The position numbers were made by a program, and so were the translations under genes. A model generated the notes under the pieces. That model made no database searches and had not been told where the DNA came from. It saw only the letters and a list, made by a program, of their open reading frames with translations. Positions 51,353-64,000 of a DNA stretch of 64,000 nt are shown here, one piece after another (position 1 is the stretch's first letter; every line of letters begins with the position of its first letter). Source of the DNA: Octopus sinensis (Eukaryota); contig NW_021832436.1 of the NCBI RefSeq assembly GCF_006345805.1, forward strand, positions 103,522 to 167,521. The letters are read 5' to 3'.

Positions 51353-52744
51353 TCACAAGGACGGAGATGGTCCATGACCGTCTGGGTCTTAAGTATTTCT
51401 AAGTACTTACAACCGTCTCTCGCCTTCAACTCCTGAGTGAGATTGTCCAATGCAGCAAAGAGATTCATTTTGAGTCTAGTTTCCGATTTGAGACTATCTC
51501 CCTGCTGACAGACCTTCTTTTCCAGAACATTCACTCGTTCTTTCAAAGAGATATACTCATTGTTCGACCCACTCAAATCCTGAGATAAAATTCAACACGG
51601 TAAACATTTATTTGGTCTTGTAACGCATCAATGACACCCATCTGTTCTTTTATTTTGAGCTCCAAAATGCTAGCATCCGGACTCTCTAAAGTACTGCAGA
51701 ATTACAATTAGCTGGGGTACCTCTCCTTGGCCCTTTCGATCTGAATACTCTTCACTGCTAACTCAGCTAATCGGTCGAGCCACACCCTCGCTTGCCCAAG
51801 TTCGGAAACACTAAAATATATGAAAAACCACAATTACATTCCACTCAGTTCGTCCTTATTTCCCCTTAATTCAGTCAAATATTTGCGCAATCCCCCCAGT
51901 TTAGCAACAAACCCAGACAACCTCTCATTCTCCGCCAATCTAAAATGCAGGCGATCACAAAACCGCGATTCATGAAGGGAGGTCGCTGTACGACATTCAT
52001 TAAAAGAAACTGGGAATTCAAAGTCTCGGAATTTGTGTAGAAGATTGGCATCAGTGAGCATGGACTAAAACTAAAGGACAGCCAATACAGATAAGAGAAA
52101 GCAAGTGGAATGGAACGCCACAAGCTTAATTCTCTCTGAGAAATATTCCCTGAATAGGTGACAGGACTGGACGACTCGACAGGCAACACTGGGAATGGAG
52201 AGTGGAAGAACCTGTTGACTGCCAGAAAGTAGTAGACCGTGTTTTGAGGCATCCCTGACTCAAGGGAGAGAACGTCCCATCCGCCACTGACATGAAGGCA
52301 CAGCAGGAAAGCGAGAACTGCCCTCCACAATGGCATATCTGATGAGGAATGTGATTCTTACCCGCATTGCTGATTAGTTCAGTCCAGAGGAGGGTCACCG
52401 AGAGGGCGAGAGCCAGTCGACTGTCCATAAAGAAAAGGCAGACCAGGTCGACGCATGTGATTTTAATAATAAGGAGTAGAGAAGAGATCTACACTGTCGG
52501 GTCAGAGTAATACATATCCAAATGCTCTATAGTGCAAACAAATGTCCACAAGGAAGCGGATGAACTGGACTAGGCACTCGGATCTGATGGAAAAAATGTA
52601 ATTAGTGAGTATAATCGTTGTCCCAATGGTGACGAACCTCCTAAGATTGGTAATTGAGGTATTTTTTTGACTGCTGGTATGCAAAAGTTACATGTTGGAT
52701 ATTAGTTTATCGGAAGAATCGGGACGACGAAAATGATCAAACAT
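51353..52744 (-). CDS. MACO1: Macoilin (TMEM57), multi-exon
   Basis: N-terminal hydrophobic helices plus a coiled coil ending SLKSETRLKMNLFAALD. Confidence 0.78.
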
Positions 52745-53063
52745 TAAAGCGTCTATTCAAACTATTTCAAAGCGCTATTTTTTAATTTAAACAATATATA
52801 TAAATAACTAATCTAAATTTAATAATCTAATTTTAATAAATATTAAGTATTCACAAATACCTTTCATTTATCGATTGAGAATGTTAACGCATGACACAAT
52901 TATTGTGCAATTGGAAATAACACACATCAAGTAAAAATATGAAGGTCGCATATCAGCAAGGTTAAGGTGCACCTTCACCTTTTCTACTTATTGGATGCAA
53001 GTATGAGGACGACTAATATTAAATACGCTTAAAAAAATACGCTTACTAAATGTACTTCTACAC

Positions 53064-53989
53064 AAGTGGTCCCAATTTTAAGATGTTTGCGGAACCCTTT
53101 TGCGTTAATTTTTTTCTGCGGAACTCTTCCAATTAAATTATTAAAATTTTTATTTAAAACATAATTATTATAACCAAAAAGCAAATTAAGGTAATTTTTT
53201 ATTATAGCATAGTTATGTAATGTTATAGCCGACAACTGTAACCTTATCAGCTGAAGCATTGAGTTTATTTCTATATTTTGTTTTGGTTGCACTGTAACTT
53301 TGACTCGCATAAGTAAAATGTTGGGAAAGCTAATACTGTGCGTTTAGCTCTTTCCGAGACATCAGGATATTTAGAGATGTTTGCTCTCCAAAAATTAAAC
53401 AGGGATTCATCTTTATAGATCTTTTGAATTGTATTCTGATTTCAATAAATATGATGTTAATATTCAACTGATGTTAGATTTGCTAGTATTACTTCAACAT
53501 TGAATGGATTTGAACCCAATTTTATTTTTATCAACGGAAGACTTCCAAAATTCAATGCCTTTACTTGTCATTTAAAATAAAAATAGTTTGATATTTTCTT
53601 TGAAGCTATGTAAATTTATTAAGTTTTGCGCGAATAGAAATCAAATATGAAATTCTCTGTAGAAAAATTGTTTTCCAAATTTGAGTGAATTGGAAAATTT
53701 TGACTTTTGAGAATAATTGAACAAACGTTGCAATACTTTTCCACATTACAATCATCTTATTTCAATATGAAAAAGGAATGATTGCATTCAACTTAGTCGC
53801 AGAATATTTTGAATAGATGAGATTGGAGATTTTGACACCAGCCTCCAAAACTTACCGAACACCAGAGCATGTCGGTGAATAATACAATGAATACTAGCAC
53901 AATTTAGAACCATTTGCTTTATCATAAAATTTATAATAAATTTTGCGGAGCCTAAAATTGATTCCGCGGAACCCAGTTGGGAACGACTG
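53064..53989 (-). mobile_element. Degraded hAT (ZBED5/SCAND3-like) element
   Basis: Ends AAGTGGTCCCAA / TTGGGAACGACTG; TSD TTCTACAC / CTCCACAC; IHCIIHRHAL motif. Confidence 0.7.
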
Positions 53990-54077
53990 CTCCACACGTT
54001 TATAATGAGAAGGTATCGTTTAAAGTGAATACACAACGCATAGGAAAGATGGTCTTAAAAAGTCAAATTTATTTAAA

Positions 54078-54746
54078 TTAATGGTTTTTTAATCTTTACA
54101 GTCTGGATGGAAGGAATGGAATTGAGTTGGCAGTCCCATTGTCTGAATTGTCAAAAAGTCGAATACTTTAATCTAGTCAAACCGGAGAGGGAAAGGACGT
54201 CAGGCACTTCTGAGAGTAAATAATTTCCCACTACCGAATCCTGTCGAGACAAACTCGTTTAGTTCAAATTGTTTGATCAATTCAATTTTCCGTGCGCGAG
54301 AAGAATTCCTTCCCACTTGGTTAGATCTGTAAGCTGACTGGATTTGGACCAACTCCTGGTCAAGTCGACTTAGGTAACTGCCGTGTCACACACATGTATA
54401 CAGCTCAACCAGAGTGACCATCTCGGAGTAGTTCAGGGGGTCACACAACGAGGAAACCTGATTCTTGAACCACAGTATTCGCTGCGCTATCACTTAAAGT
54501 GCATAAATACCCTTTATTTCTAGTCTTTTGATTTTATCGTCAAAAATCCTAAACTGTAACCAAATGTTTACTTGGTCCTATTCTGATTCTTTAATATTCT
54601 GGCCACTATCTTCTTGGACTTTCTACTTTTTGGATGTACATTATTAGACAGGTTTATTTTTGACTTTGCCTATCGTTTATTTTTTAGATGCGTAAGAGAA
54701 AAACATTTACATTATGGCATTATCTTACTTAGTTAATACATACCAT
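54078..54746 (-). CDS. TMA16: Translation machinery-associated protein 16 (absent from the ORF track)
   Basis: Spliced: VHPKSRK..RILWFKNQ..YLSRLDQELVQI..TGFEVPDVL..KQWD..IPSIQTVKI. Confidence 0.85.
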
Positions 54747-54959
54747 CACGTGCAGCAATAACGAGTATTTAAAACATTATAAAATAAATTTATAGAATAT
54801 GAACTAAACTAATAAAATTTTAATAATAATTATCGACAAACATACTCTGATGTCATCCTCAGTATTCAGTCTTGCACGATGCTTATTTTTATATTGAGAA
54901 GTGCTGAAAAGCCATGTTCACATAAATACGTTGTCGGAAGAATAAACAACAAATTTAAT

Positions 54960-55470
54960 GCATTTTCAGTTACGGAAAAATAAAAATAACATATTTCGCA
55001 CAAATTCGTTTATAGAAACAAACTTTGAAAGAGTAGAAAACTTAGATATTTCACATGAATTTATTAAGACCCATTTATTATTGCATGGATACTCCTTTTT
55101 ATTCATACAAAGATGAGCTTGGGTAAGACTGTGCAGAGGTGAACACTTACATCTCTTTTTCATTATCCATAAAAATTACAAGTTTGATTTCCATTCGAAT
55201 CTGTAAGGTACATCTTGTCGTTAATCATCATGTATTTTTTGTGCTTTTTGCAATTTTTTTGTCGGGATTTATTGTGCTTGTTCAAAATTTTAATCGTTTC
55301 TTTTTAAGGATCTGTTCAATTATTCGATATTCATTCGACCATATTCTGTATGGAAACATCTTTTTTGATAAAGTGATATTATACGTCACACCACGTTGTT
55401 ATTGACTGTCGAATAGCTGTTGAGCTACTATCGTAATATTGATTAAAACGCCTTTGGTTGCTCGTAGTAC
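54960..55470 (-). mobile_element. Ginger-like element remnant (TGT terminus plus N-terminal coding remnant)
   Basis: Minus strand starts TGTACTACGAGC; homologous to 32930-33099, 35654-35700 and 39106-39153. Confidence 0.55.
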
Positions 55471-55999
55471 ATGGTTGGTGACATATACCTTCAAATTAAA
55501 AAATTAATAATCCGAGATACAGATCTAGCAACATACTTATTTCCGTTTTCGTTATTTTTAGTGTTTTATTCAATCAACCTCACCCTCTTAGAGCCCACGT
55601 TCAGTGCACGGATGGGCAGATTCATGTCAACGCGCAGTCTAGATTCAGGGGCTACTTCTTTAACAGGCATCGATAACCCGTGCCTTGTGTCGGCTTGCAT
55701 GCTTTCTAATGTCTTCCGCAACACCAGTGTCTGGATTTATGTCTTTTTCTGGATTATTATTATTAATAAGCACACCGCAAAATAACGTTAGTAAAGTTAT
55801 CTCGCTTGTGCCACCCTTTCCAGAAGGGGTTGGGGTTAGGGCCTTTTTCTGGATGTATGCCTTAATTTCAAGCATACTTAGGATTCTTTAAATTACTAAT
55901 TGCCAATTATTAATCATTTTAATGAATTTTATTTAATCAAAAAGAAAAAATATTTTAATTGCGAATATTGCAAAAATAAATTGCCTATTATGAGAGAGA

Positions 56000-58877
56000 A
56001 TGGCTGATGTGGAATTGTCCGACCTTTTACTGGACCACACTCTACTCGATAACATCATTAACGAAAACAGACCAGGTTGAATCGGAGATAATGATAGAAC
56101 AGGTTTTAGATCAGTCTACATTCTCAAAAAGGCACTGCCACAATTCCGCGCAGTGATAGGAATGGAGGAGGACCAGCTAGTGGGTGAGTCAGAAATGTGG
56201 TCAGTTTAAGCGTCCTTCCAAGAAAATGCGAAATTAATAGCCTGCTCTGTAATCGTCCTCAAAATATGTGCTTTTTTGAAATGGAATGTCGAACTGCTGT
56301 TTGAGAGGTAGAATTCACTCACACGCCAGTCTGCCCAATCACCACGTGATGTACATTGCCCTCCTTTTACTCAAACACACCCTCCCCGTTGCCGAGCACG
56401 ACATGTTCCCCCACATCACTGCCCCCTTCTCTCCCGATCCTCCTCTCCTTATCTTCGCTAAAATGCTCGTCCACCGCTGGTTGTAGTGATTCCCCCATTT
56501 GAAGGATCCTCACGAGCAAATTCCACGAGAATCACAAGTTTGTGAAAGAGAAGACAAGAAGAGGCGAGATGAGTGAGTCTCCACCTGCGTTCTACTATAA
56601 ACTGGTTGACTATTCGTGTCTAACATAGACCGAGTATCTGACTTCCTCCAATCAGTATTTGTCTGACTTTTCTGCCACTTTGACGGATATTGAAATGCCC
56701 TCCTCACTTGCTTTTGTTCAACCTTCCGAACACTTTTCTGGACAAGTCCTGTTCAGACCCGATCAGGGAATCTCCGTCGACTGTCTAGAGTTGGCACTCC
56801 TGGTTGGGCTGTTATTTGACTGTAGATTGGCCTGGATGTCGGTCGAGTCTCTTTTTTGTTGGGGAATGTGCCCCTCTCCTATTCCATATTCCAGCAGATT
56901 TCCTCCAAATATCATGAATTCGCTGGGAGAGTTTCTCCTTTGCTTGATCAATTCCCCGTTAATGAACTGCAGGCGTATTGCATCGCCTTCACCAGTGCTG
57001 ACTCGTATAGTATCCCACTGGCTCAAGTCATCTCCCTCTCCTCTGAGTACAAAGAGTCCTATGCCCTCACTCGGACACAGTTGTACTTCGAAATGAGTGC
57101 TAGGTTGGACTGTGGACTTTATCTTCATGTCGGAGATCTCAATCCTAACGTATATAAAAGTGTAAGTGTTTCAGTATTCTCTCCTTGTTTTCGGATGACC
57201 ATAGCATTCCACTTATCAAGCCAATGCTCTCCGAGAAAGTTCTTTCTCATTTTTCCGATCTGCTTGTCGACGGGAACCAACCCAGAAGAATCTGCCAGTG
57301 CTGCCAATCTTCGAACTCGACCAATTATGACTCGTTTCTGTGGAGCAACGACTTTGCGACTGTTTGGGAGTTTATGAGCAGAGCGATTCCCCAGATGTCT
57401 TTCCTAATGCAAGCACTCCGATTCCTGGTTTATGATTCACAGGAGTATTTTAGTGTCCCAACGAATTGACTTGCAGGCCATCCACGGACGTTATTTCTTG
57501 TTTGGTTATAAAAGCGGTGAATAATGCAACCATTGCCCACGACTATCCCATGGCGGCTCGATTTATAAACGAAGCTGTCAAACTGGCTCAGGGAAATCAA
57601 GCCTTGTGCTATGAGTTGCTGTGGTACAGTGTGGAGATATCCTGTCTGGCTTGCACTCCCTGCCATACTCTCATTATGTCCCTTCTGTCTTCTTCTTTGG
57701 CACACAAACCAATTCCTGGACAACTCAGAGGATTGGCCACTCTCTTGACTGACTCGAACAATTTCGCCTTCATTTCGACCAATCATCGCTCTCTCTGTCC
57801 AGCCGTCGCACTCGTCTCTGTTTTTGTCAGAGTTCTGTTAGTCATCGACAGTCCCGACTCGACAGATCTCGAGAGTGCAGTGACGCTGGGTGTGTCTATT
57901 AGTCATGATTGTGCTAGTGTGTAGTGCCCTTGACGACTTGAATTGGCTGAATGAATTGATTGGGCATATATCGGTAGGACATGTGAGATTGTAATCCAAG
58001 AACGTGGGAGTGTTAGAGTTAGTGGGGTCTTTGTTGCTCACGCTCTACATCAAGAACGAGGTTGGGAGTGCCACTAATAATGATAGCCCAACGTCTCTTC
58101 AAAAATGAAATACCCCCATTGCCACATGTGGAATAGCGTCAAGAACATTTGGTGAGTTGTTGTGTAATAACACAGTTGTGACGACTCCATTAACATATCC
58201 GTCGTACAACATTCATTGGACGCACTCTTTTTGAAGATGAGGTCATTAGACCAAGTGGCTTGGTTGTTTGTCGAGGCCGACTTTCAATTTTGTATTGATT
58301 TATTGACTATTGAAGTATGCGAGGAGTATGGTCGGGCGTTGGGGACGTACTGTCTGTTCGTTTGTTTGTCCAGTTCATTCTTCGACGTAGAGTTGCTTCC
58401 AAGTGTGATATCGGATGAGGCTGACATTCATTATTTATTTGTAGCTCGTACAGGCCATGATCAAGTGCTGCAGTCTTTTAAAACTGCATTCCCAAGTGCC
58501 CCAGTGTTTTTATGTAGTAGATGGCTCTACTCACTCAGTGCCTGACAGTAATGGACTACTCCTCTTGTTTCGCATCTCTCGAAGAGGTTGGAGGGAACGA
58601 CTCCTTGGATTTCCTTCTCCAATATGTCTGGGATGTCACTATTTTAGAACACTCATATGGTTGTGTGTCATGCTTCACTGATAGGATTGTACGTACGGTC
58701 TAACAGAGTGGGGATGAGTGAACATGTGGTTGGAGACGGTTTACTCACGTTTAGTTGAAACTGTTGAGCAATCGGGATCTCTCCCCTTTCAACTCTCCAC
58801 ATTTAGCTACGGCTTTCAAAACCAGTAGAATGTGTAGTTTCTTTGAGTTTATGTTTAAAATGCACTGTTTGTCTTAA
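56000..58877 (+). CDS. INTS8: Integrator complex subunit 8, multi-exon
   Basis: N-terminal LLLDHTLL..LKICAFLKWNVELL..HRW; C-terminal ALLTQCL..DY..YVWDVTILE. Confidence 0.82.
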
Positions 58878-58917
58878 AAATATATTTTAATCAAATAATC
58901 ATTCTCTTGTGGTCGCA

Positions 58918-60483
58918 ATGATAGACACTCTCTACGAAGCATATAATGTCATCACCCAAGGCCAAGCAGAATATTGCTCAAGTGTATTCCCACTCCATTA
59001 ATAAGAGGCATACGAGACTATTCTGAAGGCGGTTACTTTTGGTCCTCAGGAGAAAAAACTCGCCTCCCAATTTATAGTAAGATTCTTCTCAGATTTTCCC
59101 GACCACAAAGTGGAGAGCTTCAACGCTATGCTTGACTTTCTCACAGACGATGAGTCGCAGGTTTGGACTGGTCGACAAGTCTCAGATTCGTTCCATTGCA
59201 CTTACAGGCCTCCTCTCGATTTGTAAGAAGGATACGGACTTTGTGTCACGTCTGGCCAACAAATGTGCCCAGTTGTTTTTCTCAGAAATGGAAAAAACGT
59301 TGACCGGACGTACTCTTCTTCAATTATGCAAAATCGACTTTAAGAGTTGCTTCTCCTCTCCAATTTTAGTGACCATTGACGGATTTTTATTGCCTGTCTT
59401 TGCTTTCTGCCAGTCGACCCAGCTCGATTTCTTCATCGACAGAATGGCTATAATTCTACGAGATTGCGGAAAGGAGAACGTCCAATATTTTGTCAACAAG
59501 ATTGCCGGAGTATATCGCTCTTAACGATGCAGATAATTGCCGATTCTCCACTGCCGCAAGCCACCATTTGCCTTAAGATCATGAACAGTATCCCAGTCCT
59601 TTCTACACAAAGGCCAAGGATATTAGTTCCCGCATTTAAGGTTTTCTCAAAGAGTCAGATTGTTTGCTTTGTCGGTGATTCGTAGGCTTCTCCCAGCGAG
59701 AAAGAAGTGTTCGAGATGGCAGAATTTATCAAATCAAGCAATTTTGTATTTTCGGTAAGTAACATCCTTTATTTTGAATGCGAGTGAATACGCGAATGCA
59801 ATTGCAGAGTATTTCGTCCCTGTTGCTCTCTCACGTCTCATTGGCTGCGACATGGCCAAGCATATCCCTCTCATTTCGTCCTTGGCAGATTTGATACTCA
59901 ACTGCGACTCGAAATTGTTACAAAATTCTGCTCCCACTCTCCGGGAAGCCATCAATCTACTAGTAAAGACTACTTTGGTCGTTGTTTGTCAGGATGTATA
60001 GAGACAAGTCATGTGGATCAAGTCAGCAGATACTTCCTTGCGTCTTCTCGACTCTTGTCAGTCATGTGAAGCTCTTTTGACAGTTCTGCATCAATTTGGA
60101 AAACTGGGATTGCTCCCGTCAAACGAAATGATCACCAAGCTTTTATCTCGGTTGTGGGTCGGATATATTTCGACAGACTTCAGTACGTGGGGTTGTTGGC
60201 TCAAGCGGAGTTGAGTAGACTAAAGGGTGACACTTCAGAGCAGACGAGGACAAAAAGCCTCCGTAATATTAAGCTTATTGTTCGCGACGTCATGCACTGT
60301 CCTCCAGTTTATAAATTTACAATCATTTCGTCCTGGACTATTCCTTGCTCTGCATTGCCTGTCCTAACTTATAAGTTTGTCCTTTTGGTTGCTCATTGAA
60401 ATAGGAAGCGGTTGCCAAACGGTCATGTTGAACAAGGCAAACGCATCAAACGGGCTCGATTTTATAATTCCTTTGTTCGTTGA
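58918..60483 (+). CDS. API5: Apoptosis inhibitor 5, multi-exon
   Basis: IDTLYEAY..AYETILKAV..EKKLASQFIVRFFSDFP..AMLDFLTDDE..IR; RLQY; basic C-terminal NLS-like tail. Confidence 0.88.
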
Positions 60484-60810
60484 TTTGTCTCAATTTTTTT
60501 CAAAATTAGATTAAGTAGTTGTTAGTTATTATTTCCTTTGCCGACCAAATTATGGAATGCTTGAAGTTAGTAAAGATCAATAAATGATGTGCATTAATTA
60601 ATGAATTGAGTTGCTTGTGGTCGTTTTATATTCATCGGTTTTTTCAAGATTAGAAATAATAATTATTAGTCATAGTTGCTACATTCAACTTAGTGATCTT
60701 TTTGCATGTGTTTTTATTACCGACTTAGCATGGTTGACAAAATTGTTAGACAGTCTTGCAACAATAGTAACTGAATATTGTACAGTTATTCAAACCTTGT
60801 TAATCTAAAA

Positions 60811-61332
60811 CAGTGATTCTCAAGCTTCTTTACTCAGGGGCCGCAAATTAAAAAAAATTACAGGGGCCGCAAATAATTTTTAACAAACATTCCGATGCAA
60901 ATATTTCGATTGCCGTTTTATATAATTCGCCATCAGAATAAGGCTTCATATTTTTAGCCAATAGGTAACTAATTTTGTATGATGCCAGGTTAGTATTAGA
61001 CGAATATGTGCCACTTTAAAAGTGGATCATCGCTTTAAATAATCTTCTTTCATTTGTTTTAGTTTTTTCGTCCGAGAAACACCACTAAATTTGTCATAAA
61101 GAATAGAGTGGGAACGGTAGTGCCGTTCGATTGTATACGTTTTTAAAGTTACAATAATAGAATTGCATATTAGGTAACAAGCCTTTCCATTGATTTTAAT
61201 AATGAAATATTTTTCTTCCCAGCTGTGTTGAAAAATCCTATTTTCCTCGGAAATTTTCCGAAAACGTTTAGAATTCGACATCACAACAACAAATAAAAAA
61301 TAAATCCTAGGGGCCGCAGTTGAGAATCACTG
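60811..61332 (-). mobile_element. Deleted hAT element retaining the transposase N-terminus
   Basis: TIRs CAGTGATTCTCAA / TTGAGAATCACTG; TSD ATCTAAAA / ATCTAAGA; ORF 61027-61284. Confidence 0.88.
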
Positions 61333-62761
61333 ATCTAAGAGAAGGGCATGTCCCATAATCTTTTTGAATGTGAGCCTTTTAAGTCATCAAAAATAGAATA
61401 CAATGCCTTCAACATTTAATCATATTAACATCTAAAAAGGACCAACAATTATACAATATCCCCGTCCATTTCATTTCCAATTTTATTCAAAAAATTTTTT
61501 GTAACAGCATATTTGGAAAAATATCAACAACTGAAAACAACCAAAAAAAATGATTATTTTGATAACATAAAAACTTTCAGACCTGGATTTTTGTTAAGGA
61601 TTATGAAGAGTAAAACTTACCGAAATTCGTCTCTTAGACATGAAAAAAATTTTCATTTTTATTGGCGGAAAAATATGTGTGGGAAATACTAGTCGACTTC
61701 ACAAGCTTGTTATTGCATTAAAAAGCACGAAGAGACATGCCCTTTCTGGAGAGCCATCCAGAACTCTCTTCCACATCGGACAAAACCTCCATTGCTATGG
61801 TCTGGGATCACTTAGTTAGCTAGGATTTTTCTCTTTTTTTCTTTATAACCCGGTGATTTTGGGATAACAATAAATATAGCACGAAGAAATGAAAATTATT
61901 TCTAAAAATCTATCAAAAAACGATTGTGGACAAAATGCTTTAGATGCAGTTGGCAGAGGAGAGTTTATGTAATCAAGCGAAAGTGAACTATCATCAAGCG
62001 AGTTTATCCAAAATCATGAGCTTAAATTTAAATAATAAATAAAACAAATGAGAAAGTCTGTTTTTATACAATAAAACGCCTCACTTATCCATTGATAAAT
62101 TGTTTGTTTTATTTTTTTGTTGACGTTATTCCGTTTGAGAGATATCGAGTAATTCTTAGATTCAATAATGTTGCACAAAATACGGAAGTAGACGCAGCAG
62201 AAGTTCAATACAATCTCGAAACATGAAATTTTAGTTTTATTTCCCAAAAGTTAATTTGGATTCTCTGTATTATGGAACAGAAAGATGGGAGTGAATAGAT
62301 CAAAATATGAAATAAACATTGAAAATATTTTATTTATTTTATAATTAGCTAGAAGGTTTGTATTCAGAAAGATTATGAAACGAATCCTCTCCTTATTTAC
62401 TAAAGTTTCAACAACCATACCGAAAAAATCTAACTACTGTTAAAAATAGTTAAAAGTGATTAATTTGTCAGTATTTTTCTATTAAACAATCGTTAATTTT
62501 TGAATTAACATTGATGATAGCTGTCATGGTTTTACTCTCGGCGCGAATTCAATAGCGTTTCGCAACATATCATTAACAATATTTTGTTACTTTTATTGTT
62601 TAGTCTCATTTTAAGTATACAGATTGGAATATTTTCGTCTATTTACAGTCTCTTTTAGTATTCCTCTTAAACTTTTAATTTGTACTTGTAGTATTATTAG
62701 ATAATGCCTCCAAAAAAATCAATGTGGGAATATATATAAGCAATTAGTAGTACAACTGCAA

Positions 62762-64000
62762 ATGGGTTGGACTAAGTGCTTAATGATGGTTTGATCATAT
62801 TATTTTATTTTCGAGATTCTCGTGGCGGGTCTCATGACAGCAAACATTAACATATTTTGCATTTACAACAATTGGGTTCAGGATAGGCCAGGGAGAGCAA
62901 AATTTGTCCCAGAAAACATAGATCCATTGCTATGCACACACATAATTTACCAACACGCAATTATCGAGAATTATACCATCTCCCCCTCTCGAGATAACGA
63001 TGAGTCTACCGATTCTGGTTGTGCCTTCAACAGACACTCGCAGTTAAGGGAATGTACGAACGAGTTCTGGACTTGAAATTGATAAATAAGGACCTTAAGG
63101 TCATTTTATCTATCGGTGGGTGTGGGGAAAAGAGCAACGGTTATTCCAAAGTCGTCAAGAATTTATCGACTACGGAGTCATTCGTGCAGGAAGCGTTACT
63201 GTATCTTGACAAACATAATTTCGATGGCATTAATATAGACTGGGAGTATCCTTCATCCAAACTTGCTTTTCTTACTTTAATTAGAGTAATCAATACGTCC
63301 ACACTTTTAGACGTTGAGAAATAAAATTCAAATACTTGGCAAGAAAACGATACTTAGCGCCTCCCTAGCAGGGTATTTTGAAATTTTACAAAAATCGTAT
63401 GATTTGTCCAACCTAAATAAGTACAATCATGTTGACATGCCTGTAGATACCTCGACTTTATCAATCTGCTCACGCACGATTTTTATAACGTCTCGTCCAA
63501 TAAAACGCACTTGCACAGTCCGTTGTATTCGAATTGGCTACACAATCAGGTCTTTTGTTCATTTCACGGCAGAGGATTCCCGCACATTACTTGAAATACC
63601 AGATGATTCCCGCTGACAAAATTAATGTGGGAATTTCATTTTTTGGACGGACATTCACGTTGTTGAATATTAATCATGCGGGTGTCGATGCACCAACAAT
63701 AGGAGAAGGGCGGTTTGGTAAATACACTCTCGTTCCTGGATATTTGTCCTACTTCGAGGTCAGTCGTTCTGTGACGTCACAGATTTGCACTAAAAGTTTG
63801 TCAACTTCCTACGACACGAGTGGTAAATCGGCATTTGGAGTGGAGGGACACCAGTGGGTCAGTTATGATGACCCGACTACTCTCCGAACGAAAGTATACT
63901 CACTCTCCAGATAGTAGATAAATTTCATAAAGGACAACAAGTTTGGAATTTTTGTGCATGCACTCGATTCTGATGATTTTAGTGGGCACTTTTGTGGGGA
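62762..64000 (+). CDS. GH18 chitinase-like protein with signal peptide; runs past the window end
   Basis: CIYNNW..RPG..IDPLLCTHIIY, KVILSIGG, FDGINIDWEYP, WVSYDD; 24-27-nt introns. Confidence 0.92.

Noticed and set aside
55480-55880. Small minus-strand gene upstream of INTS8
   Set aside because: The composition looks coding, but I could not build a convincing spliced model or recognise a family.

Overview
This window is eukaryotic, animal-type, AT-rich genomic DNA, not prokaryotic. Compact host genes are broken by very short introns (mostly 22-29 nt), so the ORF track only catches fragments of them. After manual splicing I recognise CARNMT1, PSMA7, an FHOD formin, COE/EBF, a Src-family kinase, a CCDC177-like gene, macoilin, TMA16, INTS8, API5 and a GH18 chitinase-like gene. 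Several orphan genes also appear, including a clean 8-exon, 296-aa type I membrane protein that the ORF track misses entirely. The intron size fits a highly reduced parasite such as a dicyemid (inference). Between the genes lie dense transposon nests: about 10 divergent CRE-clade (RT plus restriction-like endonuclease) retrotransposon fragments, R4-like and APE-type LINEs, Buster-type hATs, an IS630/Tc1 remnant, Ginger-like elements and a Helitron. The most striking structures are: (i) a four-level nest of Ginger > composite Helitron dimer > 96-bp satellite > CRE insertion at 42370-50940; (ii) repeated CRE insertions into transposon-associated tandem repeats; (iii) two hATs inserted into adjacent TCTAGA palindromes. 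All family assignments come from motif recognition by eye, not database searches.
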